Source: Nageia nagi (Eukaryota; Plantae; Pinophyta). From it: a stretch of DNA of 64,000 bases. This document shows positions 37,310 through 51,114 of this stretch, piece by piece. Position 1 is the stretch's first letter. Every line of letters begins with the position of its first letter. The notes under the pieces are model-generated. The model saw only the letters and a list, made by a program, of their open reading frames with translations. It made no database searches and was not told the DNA's origin. The position numbers and the translations under genes are program-made. The stretch lies in contig JBITNC010000001.1 in the NCBI GenBank assembly GCA_050084985.1, positions 134,974,001-135,038,000 of the forward strand. The letters run 5' to 3'.

Positions 37310-38539
37310 AGCCTTTTGGCCATTACAAATATTTCATATGTTACATGAGGGGTGTCACATGAGCCTTGCGCAAGGGTCATGAATGTCATGAGGTTCATCT
37401 TGGCCTAAACTTGCGCCTAGGTAGAGAGAGTATGCCTTGCACAAATCTTCCAGGGGTGAAGAACCTTGTCTTATTTGGAATTTATGCTGAAGGGAAACTA
37501 TAAGGCTGGTGCAAGCCTTTGAGAAGTCACCAATGATGTCTAGGCTCAACCATGCACTCAAGGGGGTTAAGCTCAAATCCTGTGAGGGTCAAAGTGTTTG
37601 TCTATGCAAGATCATGCGTTTAGGATGAAGGTACAAAGTTGGTGCTAAGTCCCAGGGGTCAAGGAGGTTGTCTTGCCCAAAATTTGTGCTTGGGAGAGAC
37701 ATGCTCTCACTTGCTATTTCTATCTTTTGGAGACCCTGTATCGATGAAAAAGACATGGAGGAGGCTCGTGCAGATTTGGGAAGGGATAAAAACCTTGCTG
37801 GAAATCTATGCCCAAAAGTAGGAGGCATGTTTGGCACAAATTTGAGGAGTGACAAGAACCTTGTCTCTTGTGAGATATGCCCTTGGGTTCTGGGAGTGTT
37901 TCCACGCGTGGTACCTAGCTAGTTTTGCTTCCCAATCGCCTGTGTTTTCCTTTTGAGGTCTCTGGGAGGCTGGCACAAATCTTGGAGGGGACATGAATGT
38001 TGTCTCCCTGGAAACATGCACTTGGATGGGACTTAGTCAAAATTTTAAGTTGTTTGTTCCAGAGAGTCACTTTGCTACTTTTCACATGTCCTAAGCTCCA
38101 ATATCTCTCGATCATGAGATGTTGTTCCCTTGGTCTTTCCTCTCGAATTTGTTTGTTGTGTTTAGTGAATGGGGCTTTGACCTGTTTTAATTTTTAAAAT
38201 TATTCTTTGCAGTTACCCCTTCATTTGATTGCATGCATCTTGAGTGGGTCACTAGGCAGATATGGTAGATCATTTGTGGAAAAGTATTATGAAAAAATCG
38301 AGTTATTTTTGGCATTTCTTTCTAAACATTTATTACTAAGAGAAGGATAAGTCCTTCAGCAATAGACTATCAAACTTTTTGTCTTTATGTAGATTATATT
38401 CTACATTATAATTCCTTTTCTTTATGAACATATTGGAAGTTGCTTTCATGGGCTTAGTTTAAATTGATTTTGAATGCACATTGAGGGGCAACTTTGTATA
38501 AGTGAAATATGTGTAGTTTTGGATGGACAACATCTTATG

Positions 38540-38930
38540 TTCAGCAAATAATGCTCTTGTGGCAGAGATGGAAGTTACTTTGGCATTAAACTAGCCTTGC
38601 AATTGGGACTGCTAATTTCAAATTTGGATGTTGAAGGAGACACTTCACTTATCTTTAATTTGCTGACAAATGGTTTGACATATACAATTGTGTGTAGTCT
38701 TTTCTTCAAATTGACATTTGCAGGAAGTTGGGCATGTTCAATTTCTTTCCCCAAATACAATTATACGTAGTGAACGAGAATTTAACTTGGTAATCGATGA
38801 TTTAGTCAGTAAACAAGTCCTTACTATGGAAGTTGACTTTACTGAAAGTAAATCTAGTAGACATTTATGTAAACCTCTATGCAAGGTTTCATTTAAAGGT
38901 GACTTCTTGTGTAATTGGCAGTAATGTGTA
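38540..38930 (+). mobile_element. L1 RNase H remnant
   Basis: Frameshifted NNALVAE..GIKLALQLG..NLDVEGD peptide. Confidence 0.45.
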
Positions 38931-38965
38931 CTATAAAAGGGTAAATAGATTCTTGTTATCTCTTT

Positions 38966-38968
<3 letters not shown>

Positions 38969-39001
<33 letters not shown>
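38969..39001. repeat. (TA)16 microsatellite
   Basis: Directly visible perfect TA run. Confidence 0.97.
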
Positions 39002-39003
<2 letters not shown>

Positions 39004-39095
39004 TCTCATTGAGGCCATGAAATGTAATCTTATGTTTTAATATATGCTTTTGACACTGCTCATCAGTTACATCATCCTTCTTTTTTAGTTTACTA

Positions 39096-39374
39096 CAGTG
39101 TTACATAGGATACGTGTTTCCCCCTAAGAGGGAAGCAACCTCTTATCCCTGTTTTTGGATACATGGAAACTCCGTAGGATATGTTTCCCACTTTCAGTTT
39201 CACTTTCAGGCTAAATAAGAAGTTTCTGTAATTTTTATCATATATATGTATATGTATTACTGTTTCTTCTTGCCGCTTCCATGTTTCTTAAAAATGATCT
39301 ACGTCCCCCCTTGTTCCTGAATATATGTTCATCCATTTCTGCCGTTCCCGTCCCCGATACTCCATGTAACCTTG
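39096..39374. mobile_element. hAT-type MITE (279 bp)
   Basis: Imperfect TIRs cagtgttacatagga / tccatgtaaccttg. 8-bp TSD gtttacta (39088-39095) / gtttatta (39375-39382). Subterminal gtttcc/gttccc motifs. Confidence 0.8.
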
Positions 39375-39726
39375 GTTTATTACATGCTAAAAGCCAAAAT
39401 CAATTTTGAAATTCCTTCTTAAAAGAGAGAGTTTAATTGATGATAACCAAATGCTGAAGCGACTTTTTTGACATATTTTTACTTTGTTAGATGGTTTTAT
39501 TAGCCTTAGCAGTTTAGGAATTGGATTGCTTGGGAAGTTTTATGCTGATAAACTTTTAGTTTATCCAAATATTTCAATATTTTAATTTCATGCATAGTGA
39601 GGTCTGTCTAATTCAGCGAAATGACTACAATAAAAATCTGAATTACTTTTCTGTGGCACTCTCGAGTCTTTTGGGTATTTAACTGTATAGAATGACTTTC
39701 TTCTATATATGATCCACATTTTGCAG

Positions 39727-39809
39727 GTTCAGATCACCTCAGGGATGTCTTTTATAGGATGGGGCTATCTGACAAGGATATTGTGGCTCTTTCTGGAGGG
39801 CACACATTG
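39727..39809 (+). CDS. APX3: Peroxisomal ascorbate peroxidase, internal exon (83 bp)
   Basis: ttgcag| ... |gtggga boundaries. Translates (G)[27 protein letters not shown], including the proximal heme His. Confidence 0.96.
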
Positions 39810-39908
39810 GTGGGATTCTGGGATTTCCCAACTGTCTATTCGGTTCCAGGTTCTAGCATATCTTTGCCATTATTTTATTGATGGAATTACTTGGCTGCCA
39901 TTTTCTAG

Positions 39909-39988
39909 GGAAGAGCACATCCAGAAAGGTCAGGGTTTGAAGGAGCATGGACTAAGCAACCTCTGAAGTTTGATAACTCATATTTTAT
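39909..39988 (+). CDS. APX3: Peroxisomal ascorbate peroxidase, internal exon (80 bp)
   Basis: ttctag| ... |gtaagg boundaries. GRAHPERSGFEGAWTKQPLKFDNSYF includes the ascorbate-binding Arg and the proximal Trp. Confidence 0.96.
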
Positions 39989-40648
39989 GTAAGGCTGACT
40001 CGTGTACTTGATGTAGGAGGTTATTCTTTATTCTTGTACTTTATGTTAGCTTTAATATATGCGTTTACAGTGTTTTTTTTCAGAAAAATACAAATGTGAA
40101 TCTGGGGTGTGAAAACTCTTGCAACAAATTTTTTTGATAATTCTGTTTGCAAGAGGCGTGTAAGGGGTTAATGCTTCTATGATATGCCAACCGAATCTTG
40201 ACCTGAACATGTCCTCAAAATGGACAGGCATATGATGTGACACAATTTATCATAAATTTTGTGTGTTGGCATTATTATGACTGTAGCGAAAACCTCACTA
40301 GCAAATTGTGATGGTATATAATTAGGGTTTAGACACAGTAAAAATAGAAAATATCTTACAATTCATTAGAGAACAGATGATCAATCTATTTGGGGCAATC
40401 ACTGATAATCAAACCAGCTTTATTGCATAATTCAGTGTTCATGAACAAGGCTGCAATGCACAGGCTGTTATGCTGTAGAACTGTGCATTCAATTTCAGTA
40501 GAAACTTTTGCAGTTTTGAGGTTATAATATACTTGACTAGAAATTGTCGCTATTTAATGATTTTGTTACTATTAATAGTGAATCTTTTAGTACCTGTGGC
40601 TGGGTTAGGGATTTGTCACTATTTAATGATTTTGTCTGCCATTGCCAG

Positions 40649-40751
40649 TGAGCTGCTCCAAGAGGAGTCTGAAGGATTGCTTAAATTGCCTACTGACAAA
40701 TGCTTAGTAGAAGATCCTAAATTTCGTCCTTATGTGGAACTTTATGCGAAG
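40649..40751 (+). CDS. APX3: Peroxisomal ascorbate peroxidase, internal exon (103 bp)
   Basis: tgccag| ... |gtaccc boundaries. (I)[34 protein letters not shown] includes the proximal Asp (LPTD). Phase is consistent with the flanking exons. Confidence 0.96.
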
Positions 40752-41044
40752 GTACCCTCCATCTTTTCAATTTATAAACAATAGCAAACTGGGCAGACCT
40801 CTTTGATTTGTATATATGATTACATAGCTTATAGGCTATACTCTTGAGCATGGAATTCATGTACTTGGCTAAATGATATATTGAAAAACTGATAGTAAAG
40901 GCTTGGGTTTCCTTTATTACCATGGTCTAACTTATTTGTTTTCTTTTGCCTTCGGGAATTCACAAGTGCTGCTGAATTCATCTTTCTGATAATCATTTTG
41001 TGGGATGTTATAGGAAATGAATGTGTGATTTTGTTCTTTTGTAG

Positions 41045-41251
41045 GATGAGGATGCATTTTTCAATGATTACGCAGAGTCACACAAGAAACTTTCTGAACT
41101 AGGATTCCGAGATCCAAGCTCTATTTCTGCACGATCTGGACTAGAAGCGAGCACATCCACAGTGCTGGTGCAGGGAGCTGTTGGAGTCGTAGTTGCTGCA
41201 GGAGTTGTAGTTTTAAGCTACTTATATGAAGTTAAGAGAAGAGCAAAGTGA
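41045..41251 (+). CDS. APX3: Peroxisomal ascorbate peroxidase, last coding exon with C-terminal membrane anchor
   Basis: tttgtag| then DEDAFFNDYAESHKKLSELGF...VLVQGAVGVVVAAGVVVLSYLYEVKRRAK*. The hydrophobic helix plus basic tail is the peroxisomal APX tail anchor. Confidence 0.96.
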   Translation, partial: DEDAFFNDYAESHKKLSELGFRDPSSISARSGLEASTSTVLVQGAVGVVVAAGVVVLSYLYEVKRRAK

Positions 41252-44200
41252 GGTTGTGCTGCAAGGAAATCAGAGATTCATTATTGACATGATGAGGATT
41301 GATTATATTCTTAGGTTAAAATGCTATTCCATATTGAGTTTCATTAATGACCCAATGAGTATCAATTATAAATTTATATACTAGGTTGAAGAAATATTCT
41401 ATAGCGAGTTGGAGCTGGGAATTTCCTTCGTATTTACCATGTTATATTGTAATCTTACGTGGGAATTTTCAATCAAGGCTTCAGGTATCATAAATTTATA
41501 TGGACTATATTTTTTTGTTACTTTAAATTTACTTTTTGGTTCCATTTCTTATGAATCGTTGAGCGCATGTAATTTCATTCCCTTCATGCCTACTCTGTTA
41601 GTGGATTTTGAAGCCAAGATAGAATTTCAATAACAAATGTATGGCTTATCTGCGCAGTGCGGTGCTTGATTTCAACTAGTTCAGGAAAGGTCAACTGCAT
41701 ATACTAATTCTAGAAGTGATTCTAATACGTAGCTACGCATGCACCAGAATGCTATTGATGCGCTCAGGAGGCTGGCAATCTGTAAAATAGTGGCAGTTAG
41801 TTTGAAGACCCCCATTCGTGTAGTGGTCAGCATTCTCATATGGTAGAAAACATCAGGTGTGGCCACTGATGTCAAATGATAGAACTGAGTGGTAACCTAA
41901 CCAAACCCACTAGATAACAAAATAGGTCATGATGGAAGTCTTGACGGTTGCGAAGTGGAAGATCATGTCAATGAAACAATGGACACCAACTCTACCTCCT
42001 ACAATCTTTGTAACAACTTTTGAATGCCACGATCTTTCCTTTTTGAGTGCCTCTAGCTCCTCAAAATTCCTGTAAAAAGAGTCTAATCTATTTGGCCTTC
42101 GCCTATTCTAGGGACATACTCGTCTACTTGGGTGCCTATTTGTTAGCTGCACTATGTAGTAACAACTTTTGTGACTTATGATTGTTCGAAATCTTTCTCT
42201 TGCATCTCCTTTTCAACGAGTTTTGTAATTTTATGTTGACTTTGTGCTTGGAAATACAAAAATACTCTTGCTAGTTCATGATTCAATTCTACTGCTGTGA
42301 AATCTCCTCCTGAATCTCGACCTACCTAATTGTCATTGAGATAGCTTGATCAAGGGGTATATACTTCAATAGTACATACTCTCTACTCAAATGGTTACAC
42401 GTGGTACTTTTGTTAGCCTCGATTTATTGACATGTATGCTTTCGAATCAAAGTCATGCCCATGGACTAGCTTATCATACAAAGTGTGGCATGCCTTTCTT
42501 TAGTATGGGAGGCTGTTGTGAAAAAGGGAGTATGAAGATGTATATGCACACCATGTTGAAGAAACATCAAAATCTATTCTCATCATGTCAGAGAAACAAA
42601 CCAAATTTGACATTGTTATGATATAGATAGATAAATAAGTCTTTTAATGTGCTTTTAAATCCATTGGTTTGTAGGATCTGTCAAAGTATGTTCAAATAAA
42701 TATATATCAAGTATTTGAATGATTGTTTCTCACATAATTAAGTTGTATAATAAAATTGTCAAGTTTGTTTTGATTATTTTGGTTTAAGAATACATAAATC
42801 AAGTTATAATCACATATACTTTTGTAGGTTTGTCTAATGTCTTGGTAAAGTGGACAAGAAAAGAGAAAATAAGTTTCATTCTCTATGGCATTTAGATTAC
42901 AAATTTACAAATTCTTTTATTCCATGTGTTTTGGGTATTGTTCATCTACCAGTTTCACTATGCAATTTGTGAGAATTAGTTATTTTGTGATTGCAAGTTT
43001 CTTTTTGAAAATAGAGATCTTATGTGAATATGATGGAGGTTCAAGTTTTGGATTAATAATATTTTTGTGGTAAGATAGTTTTCTTTGATATTTGATGTTA
43101 TCTTCACTCCATAATTTTTGAATTACTTTATTTGCAATTTGAACTTTTAATTTGTTAGTACAAGATGGGGTTGTTATTGTGTATGTGTCAAAAATGAAGC
43201 CACTTATCAAAGTCTTTTAGCTCGTATTTTTTAAGAGAATGATGAATTGGACAAGTTTGTTGGGTGATTACAAACAATCTAAGGGGGTCTAACTTTCTTA
43301 GTTTATAATTGTATAATATATATCGTTTTAAGGATTCACTTTCAATAGAGCAAACAAACTTCCATGATAAAGATAGGGTAAGGTGTGTTATTTTTAATGT
43401 TGAAATTAGAAAGGATGAATTGTTTTTGAATTTGTTCAATTTTATCTCAAATTTGTCGACAACTGCCAAACTTCACAATCATAGATATGATATCTTGTTA
43501 TGTTAAAACTCAATTGTAGGATCCATCAAAATTTGTTCAAACATTAATATATCTATATAATGTATGCTTTTTTGTTTCCAAGAAAATTAAGCTTCATAAT
43601 GAAATTGTCAAGTTTGTTTTGGTTATTTTAAGAATTAATGAATCCAACATAGTATATCATTATAGATTTGTTTGTCTTTGTAAAATGGGCAAAAAAGAGT
43701 ACATGGATTTCATCTTGTGGCATTTTAATTTAGAAATAATCTAATAATATTATTTGTATCTTAAATAAATTGAAATACATAAATAATTATTTTACTTTTT
43801 GTTTAACAAAATATTCAAGAAAATAATTATTCTTAGTAAAATCTTCAACTTAAATAAATGTTAAAACCAATTTTGTTTTTTTTGGTCTAGACCAAAAAAA
43901 ATATCTATTGGTAAAAATTAAGGGTATATTTTTTTTATACAAGTGTACCCAAAACTTCTTATTACAAGTTTATAATAATTATTTAAAAATATAATAATTA
44001 CATGCTACTTCGTATTCTAAACTATTGAGTATCGACATATTGCATTTTATTTTCGAATTATTAGGCTTGTATTAAATAATAAAAATTAAATCATACAAAA
44101 GTAATGGGTGGATAAGGCACACCTCTAGTGTTGAGTGCTACACCAATCCAAATCCATAGTCTTGAAATAGCACATCACACTGCTAGAACTTGTAGCAAGA

Positions 44201-44999
44201 CAACCAACTTGATAATCCACTGGATGAACATGTGGCAGGAAAGCAAAAACTAAATGCACTTATCTATTAGAATGAAAAAGCAAACACATTAACCACTAGC
44301 GAAGGTATTAAACGCTATCATATGCATTAAAACCATTAGGAGGTGGGTGGAGTACTAGTTAACAAAGTGCTAGATGGCAAAGAGATGACGACCACATTCA
44401 TGATGGAAGGAGGATCTACCATATCCTCATTATGCTTCCATTCATTTGGAGGAATTCGTGGCTAGTGGGTATTATCAAGCATTTCATGAATCTCATGCCA
44501 ATTTGGCCTTGTATTATTTGGTGTGGGATCGATAGTAAATGATTTGGCAACCCACCCATCTACTGCCACCCCTTCTTCATTAATTGCAGTGGTGTTTGGA
44601 TCTTGCCAACAACTAGAATTGCCATGCCAACTATTGTCATCTCCATTAAGTCCAACCACCCCAACCATCATTATGACAAGAAGTACTTGGGCGATCACCC
44701 CATCCAAAAAATGATGAGGGGAGCTAGGTTGAGATTCCCATCCACGAGCACATCACACACGCGGAGGATACAGAGCCCATGCATCTTGGTGTCGTTGTTG
44801 ATTCATGCAAGATGAGCTTCGATCCTTTTCCCAAAGGGGAAGGCGATGATGTTGTATCGACTGTGAGTGCTCTAGATAGGAAGGTTCAGGAGGAACACAA
44901 TTCATCGAGCGTGGAGCATTTCCTCGATGGTTGTTGAGCTACTGTAAATGATTGACTTCCAAGGCAACTTCATTGACTTGATCTTTAATCTAAAATCAA

Positions 45000-47900
45000 A
45001 TATCATGAAAGATAGTAAGCTTGTCAACTAGAGAAAAATCTACAAAAGGATAATTCCTAGAGAAAATGATTGCATTTCATTCTTTCCAAAGATTGAACAT
45101 AATCCTAATGTTGAAGATATTCCAAAAATATTCAAGCAATTAAGAGAAATCTTGAAGATCTCTTAAAAGATTATGAAGCCCAAGTTAATGGTTGCTTTAG
45201 ATAAGTTTGAAAAAAGACTCCATCCAATTCCACACCTTTTGGGCTTTGACACAATATAAAAAAGATCAATAATAGACTCATTTGCATTACAAGAAGGACA
45301 TAAAGGGTTATCCACATCCAAATGCATGAGTTTGTGACCTTTAGGAAGGCCTTGGAAAGTTAAGCTCCAAGTGAAAAAAGATTGCTTGGGTTCAATATAC
45401 TTGGCCCATAACATCTTGAATCTAGAACACCATCTTGCACTAAAAAAGAAAAGAAAAGATCCCAAGACTCATTGAGCTTGGGAAGCATAGGTAAGTTGGG
45501 TAAAAGCCAACTCTAACCATGCTTAGTTATGTAAATAAAAAAAGAGATCTTTAAATCATTTCCATTTTTTCCACTATGAACACTACGAATGTTGACCAAG
45601 CTTGGGCCACAAGGAGAAAGGCGTGTAGTTCAACCCTATGTCATAAGTATCTTTGTCTTCATGCTTTAAGGCATGGATATGCTTGAAAGACTCCCATGGG
45701 ATCCAATATTTGGAAGCATGATTGCAAAAGTAAAAAAAAAAAAAAGAGATTCCTTTTTTTTAAAAATGTTTGGCTCAAACCCATTGGATGCTAGCCAAGA
45801 GAAAATTTTGAAATTGAATAACTAGAGACCACCAAATATTGAGATAAAAAAGAGCACTTCCTTTCCATCGACCACCACGTTTCTAGAGGAGCCAAGTTTT
45901 GATGGCTTCCCAGGCTTTCCATATACTTTCACAAACAAAAGAACAACAAATTTTGATAGGAACTAGGGCAACAATTAAGGAAGGTAAGCCAAGTTCTTTC
46001 CATATTTTTTTTCCAAATGGGAGCCCTTGTGAAATACAATGACGAAGCAAAATTTTCTAGGATTCAAAACCTTGTAAAGCTATGATAACCCACTTGACAC
46101 TCAAGGCTAGACCTTAACGTTGTCAATAAAAAAGACCCATACTTCCTGAGCTTTTGGAGAGATAACAAAATTCCTAGGCAACTCTGTGAAAATATTTCTT
46201 TAATTTAGTATTAGCCCACAAAAGATCTTTAAGATATTTTTACAAGTTCTTATAGCAACCTTGGGAAGGAACCCAACAAGATGAGTAATAAACATGAGTA
46301 GAAGCTAGAATTTTTGAGCAAATTTAGAATTTTCTAGCTAAAGATAACTTCTTGGAAACCTAGTATGATAACTTTTTCTCCACCCTCTGTAGAACATAAT
46401 TCCATAATTGCGTTGAGGTTCTTTAAAATGCAAAAGGGATTCTTAGGAATTTGAACATTTCTCCAAGTTTTATCCATTGTTATTGGAAAAGAAGCTAGCC
46501 AATAGGGAATATCTGATGAAGTTTATCTATAATAGGAAGCTTTTTTCCATTGAATTCTTGAACTTGATACTTTGCAAAAGTGTCAAGATAAGAAAAGGAT
46601 TGAAGAACAAAAGTCTTGTCTTCCTTTAATGTAAGGAGTCATCAACAAAATGTGCATTAATCAACTAACCATGATTTCCAGGAGAGAAATCTCGTGAACC
46701 AACCCTTGTGAAGCTTTGATTGCTAGAAGATAACCAAAAGATTCAACTACAAGTACAGAACTATAAATGCCTATGATGTTAGTTTGCATTCCATCAAGCA
46801 TCAAAATAGCTGAAGCATGGTTGAAAAGCATTTGATTTGAGGCTAGAAAGATAAGGCCAAACCTAATGGTTTTAAGCATAGTAAGAATGAAATGCCATTC
46901 AATCTTGTCATATGCTTTTTCAAAATCTATCTTAACAAAAAGGGTATTTGGTTGAGAGGCTTAGGCCTATACCATTCCTTTCTAGACATAAATAACATTA
47001 TCAAGGATTTATATGCTTTGATTGAATACTATTTGCTTTAGAAGAACAATTTGGGGAAGAAGAGGCCTAAGTCTTAAAGCCAGAGCTTTAGCTATTATCT
47101 TATAGTTGACATTGTGTAAAGCAATAGGCCTCCAATTGGTAATAAGCTCGGGGTCTTCTAAATTTGGGATAAACTTGATATTCCCTCTATTAATTATGGA
47201 TCCCAACAAAATCGTTAAGAAAGCTTCGTGATAAACACAAAGAAGATTAAGACTAATAACATCTCATAATTATTTATAGAATTCACATGGGAAGTTGTCT
47301 AATCTTGGAGCATTTTCATTTTCCATGCAAGAAAGAGCGACTTTCACATCGTTAAGGGAGAGAGGGTGGTCATACTCTTATTTCAAAGGAGAGAGTTTAT
47401 TTGGAACAACATTGCAACATTATGAGAGGATATTTTGTCTTTCCAAGGTAAACTCTTGAGAAACAAAAACTTGTTTATAATTTTTGACAAAAGTTGTGGC
47501 AATACTAGGAGGATATGAGACTTTAGTATTTTCATCCATAATGGCTTTAAATTGCACCATTGATTTTGAAGGCTAAAGACATTGAAAGAATTCTTTAGAA
47601 AATTTATCACCAATTTTGAGCCAATGGAGGCAGGCTCAAAGTTGGGTACCTTTAGCCTCATACAACTCCACCTTTCTTAGCTCATATAAAACAACAACAA
47701 CATGCTATTGTAGAGGGATGCTCAAAGGATTAGCTTCAAGTTGGATTGAGGCATGTGCAAGCTTTCTCTAAGGGTATTATCAAATTGTTTACAAATTTTG
47801 GTGATCTTGAACCCAACACTCTCAAAACTGAGGTGGTTCTAAAAATTGCATCATTCCACCAATTGATCCAACCAACATTCCCTGATGGTCTTGGGAAAAG

Positions 47901-48400
47901 TTTCCAAACTTTGCAGATATGAACTACAGTGGTAGGGTGATGCAAAAAAGAGACATTGAGGCAAAATTGAGAGTGGAAGAATCTAGGGATTTGTTGGGGA
48001 GCACAACATTAAAAATGATAGGCATATGGTCCAAAATGGTGTTTCGTGGAGAGCCAACAATCGAAGGTGCTTCTTGAGTAACACTATGGAAGCCAAAATT
48101 AGAGTGGTTTGTAAGCATGGCCAGATCCAATATCTTAAGCACTCTATCTTATCTTGTTTTAAGATTAGACCATGTGAACCAAAGGAAGTCTACAATGTTT
48201 TTATTATTATGACATGCAATGGGGTCTATAAGCCCATGCTTAATTTTTAGAAAAAATCAAGCATCCATTTCATTTGCACACCAACACATTGGGATGCTTC
48301 CTATATTCCCTTCAAGCTTTTCAATCATGTTAAGTCACCATAGAAAAGCCAAACTACCTAGATCATAACATTTGGTTGTACAGTAACCATCATTACATTA
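45000..48400 (-). mobile_element. Decayed L1 LINE ORF2 (endonuclease-RT-zinc finger)
   Basis: ITNWRPIALHNVNYKIIAKALALRL (47009-47209). The minus strand near 46900-46940 reads KIDFEKAYDKIEW. zf-RVT-like CPSCNANES (45163-45465). Many stops. Confidence 0.8.
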
Positions 48401-49239
48401 CAAGAAAAATTGTAATTTATAAATTTTTTTAAATAATATTTTTAATGTTTGTGATTCAAATTTTTGTTAACAATAATTCCAATAATTGCTCTAACTATTT
48501 TTTTATAAATTTTTTGTTGTTGATTAAAGTTGTAATAATTTATTTAATAAAAATCAAGATCAATAACTCTTATCCTTAATAGTGATCATTTAATTTTAAT
48601 GAAAATAGTGTTATTTGAATGAAATAGTTATGCATGCATTTTTTAAACATTAAATTATACTTTTATGAACATCAAATCACATAATATTAATGAAATAAAT
48701 ATCATTTGAGTGAAACATTAATGTATATATTTTATAAATATTAAATTATATTTTTATGAACATAAAACTAGTTTAAACAATAAGCTAATTTTCTATTTCA
48801 TAGTAGATGTTCAAGTTCAAAATTTAACATCATTCTTGAAATTTAATAATTGTACATGGTTGAAAATTTGAATAATTTTTATATGATATTTAAGTTAGAA
48901 CAAAATTATATTTTTTAAACTATAACAAAATCTAAAATTATTTACAAAATTTATGAAATTATGTCAAAGTCAAACAATAAATTGCTTTTATTTTAATAAA
49001 TTATATTGGTTGAATATGTAAATCAATTCTTGTTTGAGCATAAATTACTTGATTGAAATTCAAACACACATTCACACTAAAAATAAAATTTGTATTCTTG
49101 CTACTAAATATAATTTGTTTGAATACAAATCATTTAAATTATTCACATAATTATATATAAAAATTATTTTGTATGTGCTTTATTTGAATAATAAATTATC
49201 CTTTAAATAAAGGGAAAATTACTAGAATAACTCAATTCC

Positions 49240-50992
49240 GAACAATCTTCCACTTTCAGATTGATTCATGCAACACCTGCAACTTAGGATCTGGATATTC
49301 TCATCTTGACCTATCAAACCTTGAGATTACTTGGAATCGGGAGAACCACCAAGTTCACATTTGCACCTTCACTAAGTTCTTCAACTAAACTCACTATAAA
49401 CCTCAACCAAATCATACCACTTGTTAACTTTAGCCTTTGATGTTCCACAAACCTCTACCAGTCCATGCTTCCAAATCCATGGATCATACCATCACATTGC
49501 ACAAATACTTTTATATTAAACCTTTCCTTTCCCACTCCTTTCTCCTCCATTTCCATCCTACATATACAAACATCATGCACAACATCTATACTTGTAGGTA
49601 GCTTCACCATCAAAACACTTTGATCTTGCATCAAGGATTTCACTTCCTTATCCATGCTAACAAACTCCAAGTCCTTCATGGATTTCTCTTGTATCAAACA
49701 TTCACTATCATTAGTATATAAACTATATGAAGTTGTGGGTAAACTTTGGCTTACCCTCTCAAATCATCCTCAATCTTCCTTCTACCATTTCTCTCACTTA
49801 ATCCATAATCCTTTGCTTCAAAAATTGAAGATCCGATACGAATTTTTAGTATTCAATATATAAAAATAAAGTTTGAGTAATCCAATTAACCCAATTTATA
49901 AGAATCTTTAACCAAACAAGATCACACAAGAGAAGACATGAGCATGTAATGTGGTTCACCTAGTGTGGGCTACATCCATAGAGAATATCCAATCTTTAAT
50001 TCAATCAGTCCAAAAATACCAAGAGATACAAACAAAAACAACACCATTATACTTTCTCTTTGGTTACATAAGAATCCTCACTACAACAGTATCTCATTTT
50101 GTTTCTTATTCATATACAAACTCTACTCTCCAATTCTCCCTTGTAACTCTTTTTTCAATGCTTAAGTACAATAAATCTTACATACAATCATATAGATTCA
50201 CACATAGCTTAATTTTAGACCAAACTAAAGCTAAAAACCCATGTAAGAAGTCACCATCAATGGAAACATTAGTTTCCAAACTTAGAACAAAGAAATGTTG
50301 AGTTTACATTCTTAAAATAAAGCTTTTATGCCTTTAGATTCATAACTTACTTAGATTAGATTGGTCTTAATTGGCTGACCAACTTCATCAGGTATGGTTG
50401 CCTTTGACATGTCACTGATCAAACTTTGACCTAATTGACCTACTAACTAGTTGAATGACCTACCAATCACCTGACCAGCTTCCATTCGATTGATTAGTCC
50501 TGATTGACCTCCACCTGACTGATTGAAACCTACAAATTGACCTTGTGTATATTGATTAGAAAATAAAGAGTTGAAACTCGAAACTTGGCCCGAAATTTCA
50601 AGCTCAATTCCCACCATGAATGTGAAAATCGTAGGGCTTGCAATCTAACACAACTTCCTGGACTCAATCTAGCTCTCTCTCGTAAGTTGCTTGGGATTTG
50701 AACATAGGCTTCCCTAGATAGAAATATCATCGCCTGTGTGGATCCATGTCGACATATCTTTGTATTTTTCCTTTGCTTGCTTTCTTAGTAGAGGGGATCC
50801 CAAATTTTCCTCCTCTATTTCCACTATATCAAACTCTTCAAATTTTACTAGGAGAAGATCAATCAAACAAAGTCCCAATCCAAAGTGAAGAGAGTTTCAA
50901 AATATCACCTTGATTGTACATAAACTGAGAATGAATAGAGTTATACTTTTGGCATTTTTTGGTCAATCTGAACTCAACCAATATTGTTAGCA
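49240..50992 (-). mobile_element. Copia-like remnant and LTR inside the MULE
   Basis: MDKEVKSL..LMVKLP resembles the start of copia RT (49455-49697). Decayed PBS-like gatccgatacga near 49830. LTR-like sequence (gtggttcacctagtgtgggctacatcca) follows. Confidence 0.5.
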
Positions 50993-51114
50993 TAGATGCT
51001 CGATATAATCATATTACATACAAAGGACATAAAAACCATTATCAGTTGAGCATGAACTCGATAGTAGCAGGGGAAACGAATTCATAATAGAGAAAGAATC
51101 ATAGAACAAACATT

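Larger units (their letters stand above)
31331..37327 (-). mobile_element. Truncated, internally deleted Ty3/gypsy element: 5' LTR (33571-37327, split by a solo LTR), PBS, RT-RH and integrase start
   Basis: LTR termini tgtaatg...cattaca. PBS gctctgatgcca at 33558-33569 (Met-type). [25 protein letters not shown] (32341-32625), RH VECDAYKLGVGVVL (31797-32087), integrase start LAGHPG (31341-31661). Confidence 0.85.

Noticed and set aside
37330-38200. Possible additional LTR fragment
   Set aside because: The composition is LTR-like but I could not define termini, TSD or a second copy.
40533-40784. ORF-track 83-aa ORF with a hydrophobic N-terminus as a secreted protein
   Set aside because: It is intron read-through into the APX exon 40649-40751. 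The 39709-39966 ORF is an off-frame reading of two APX exons.
44300-44950. GC-richer segment with short ORFs
   Set aside because: No recognisable domain, splice structure or element boundaries.
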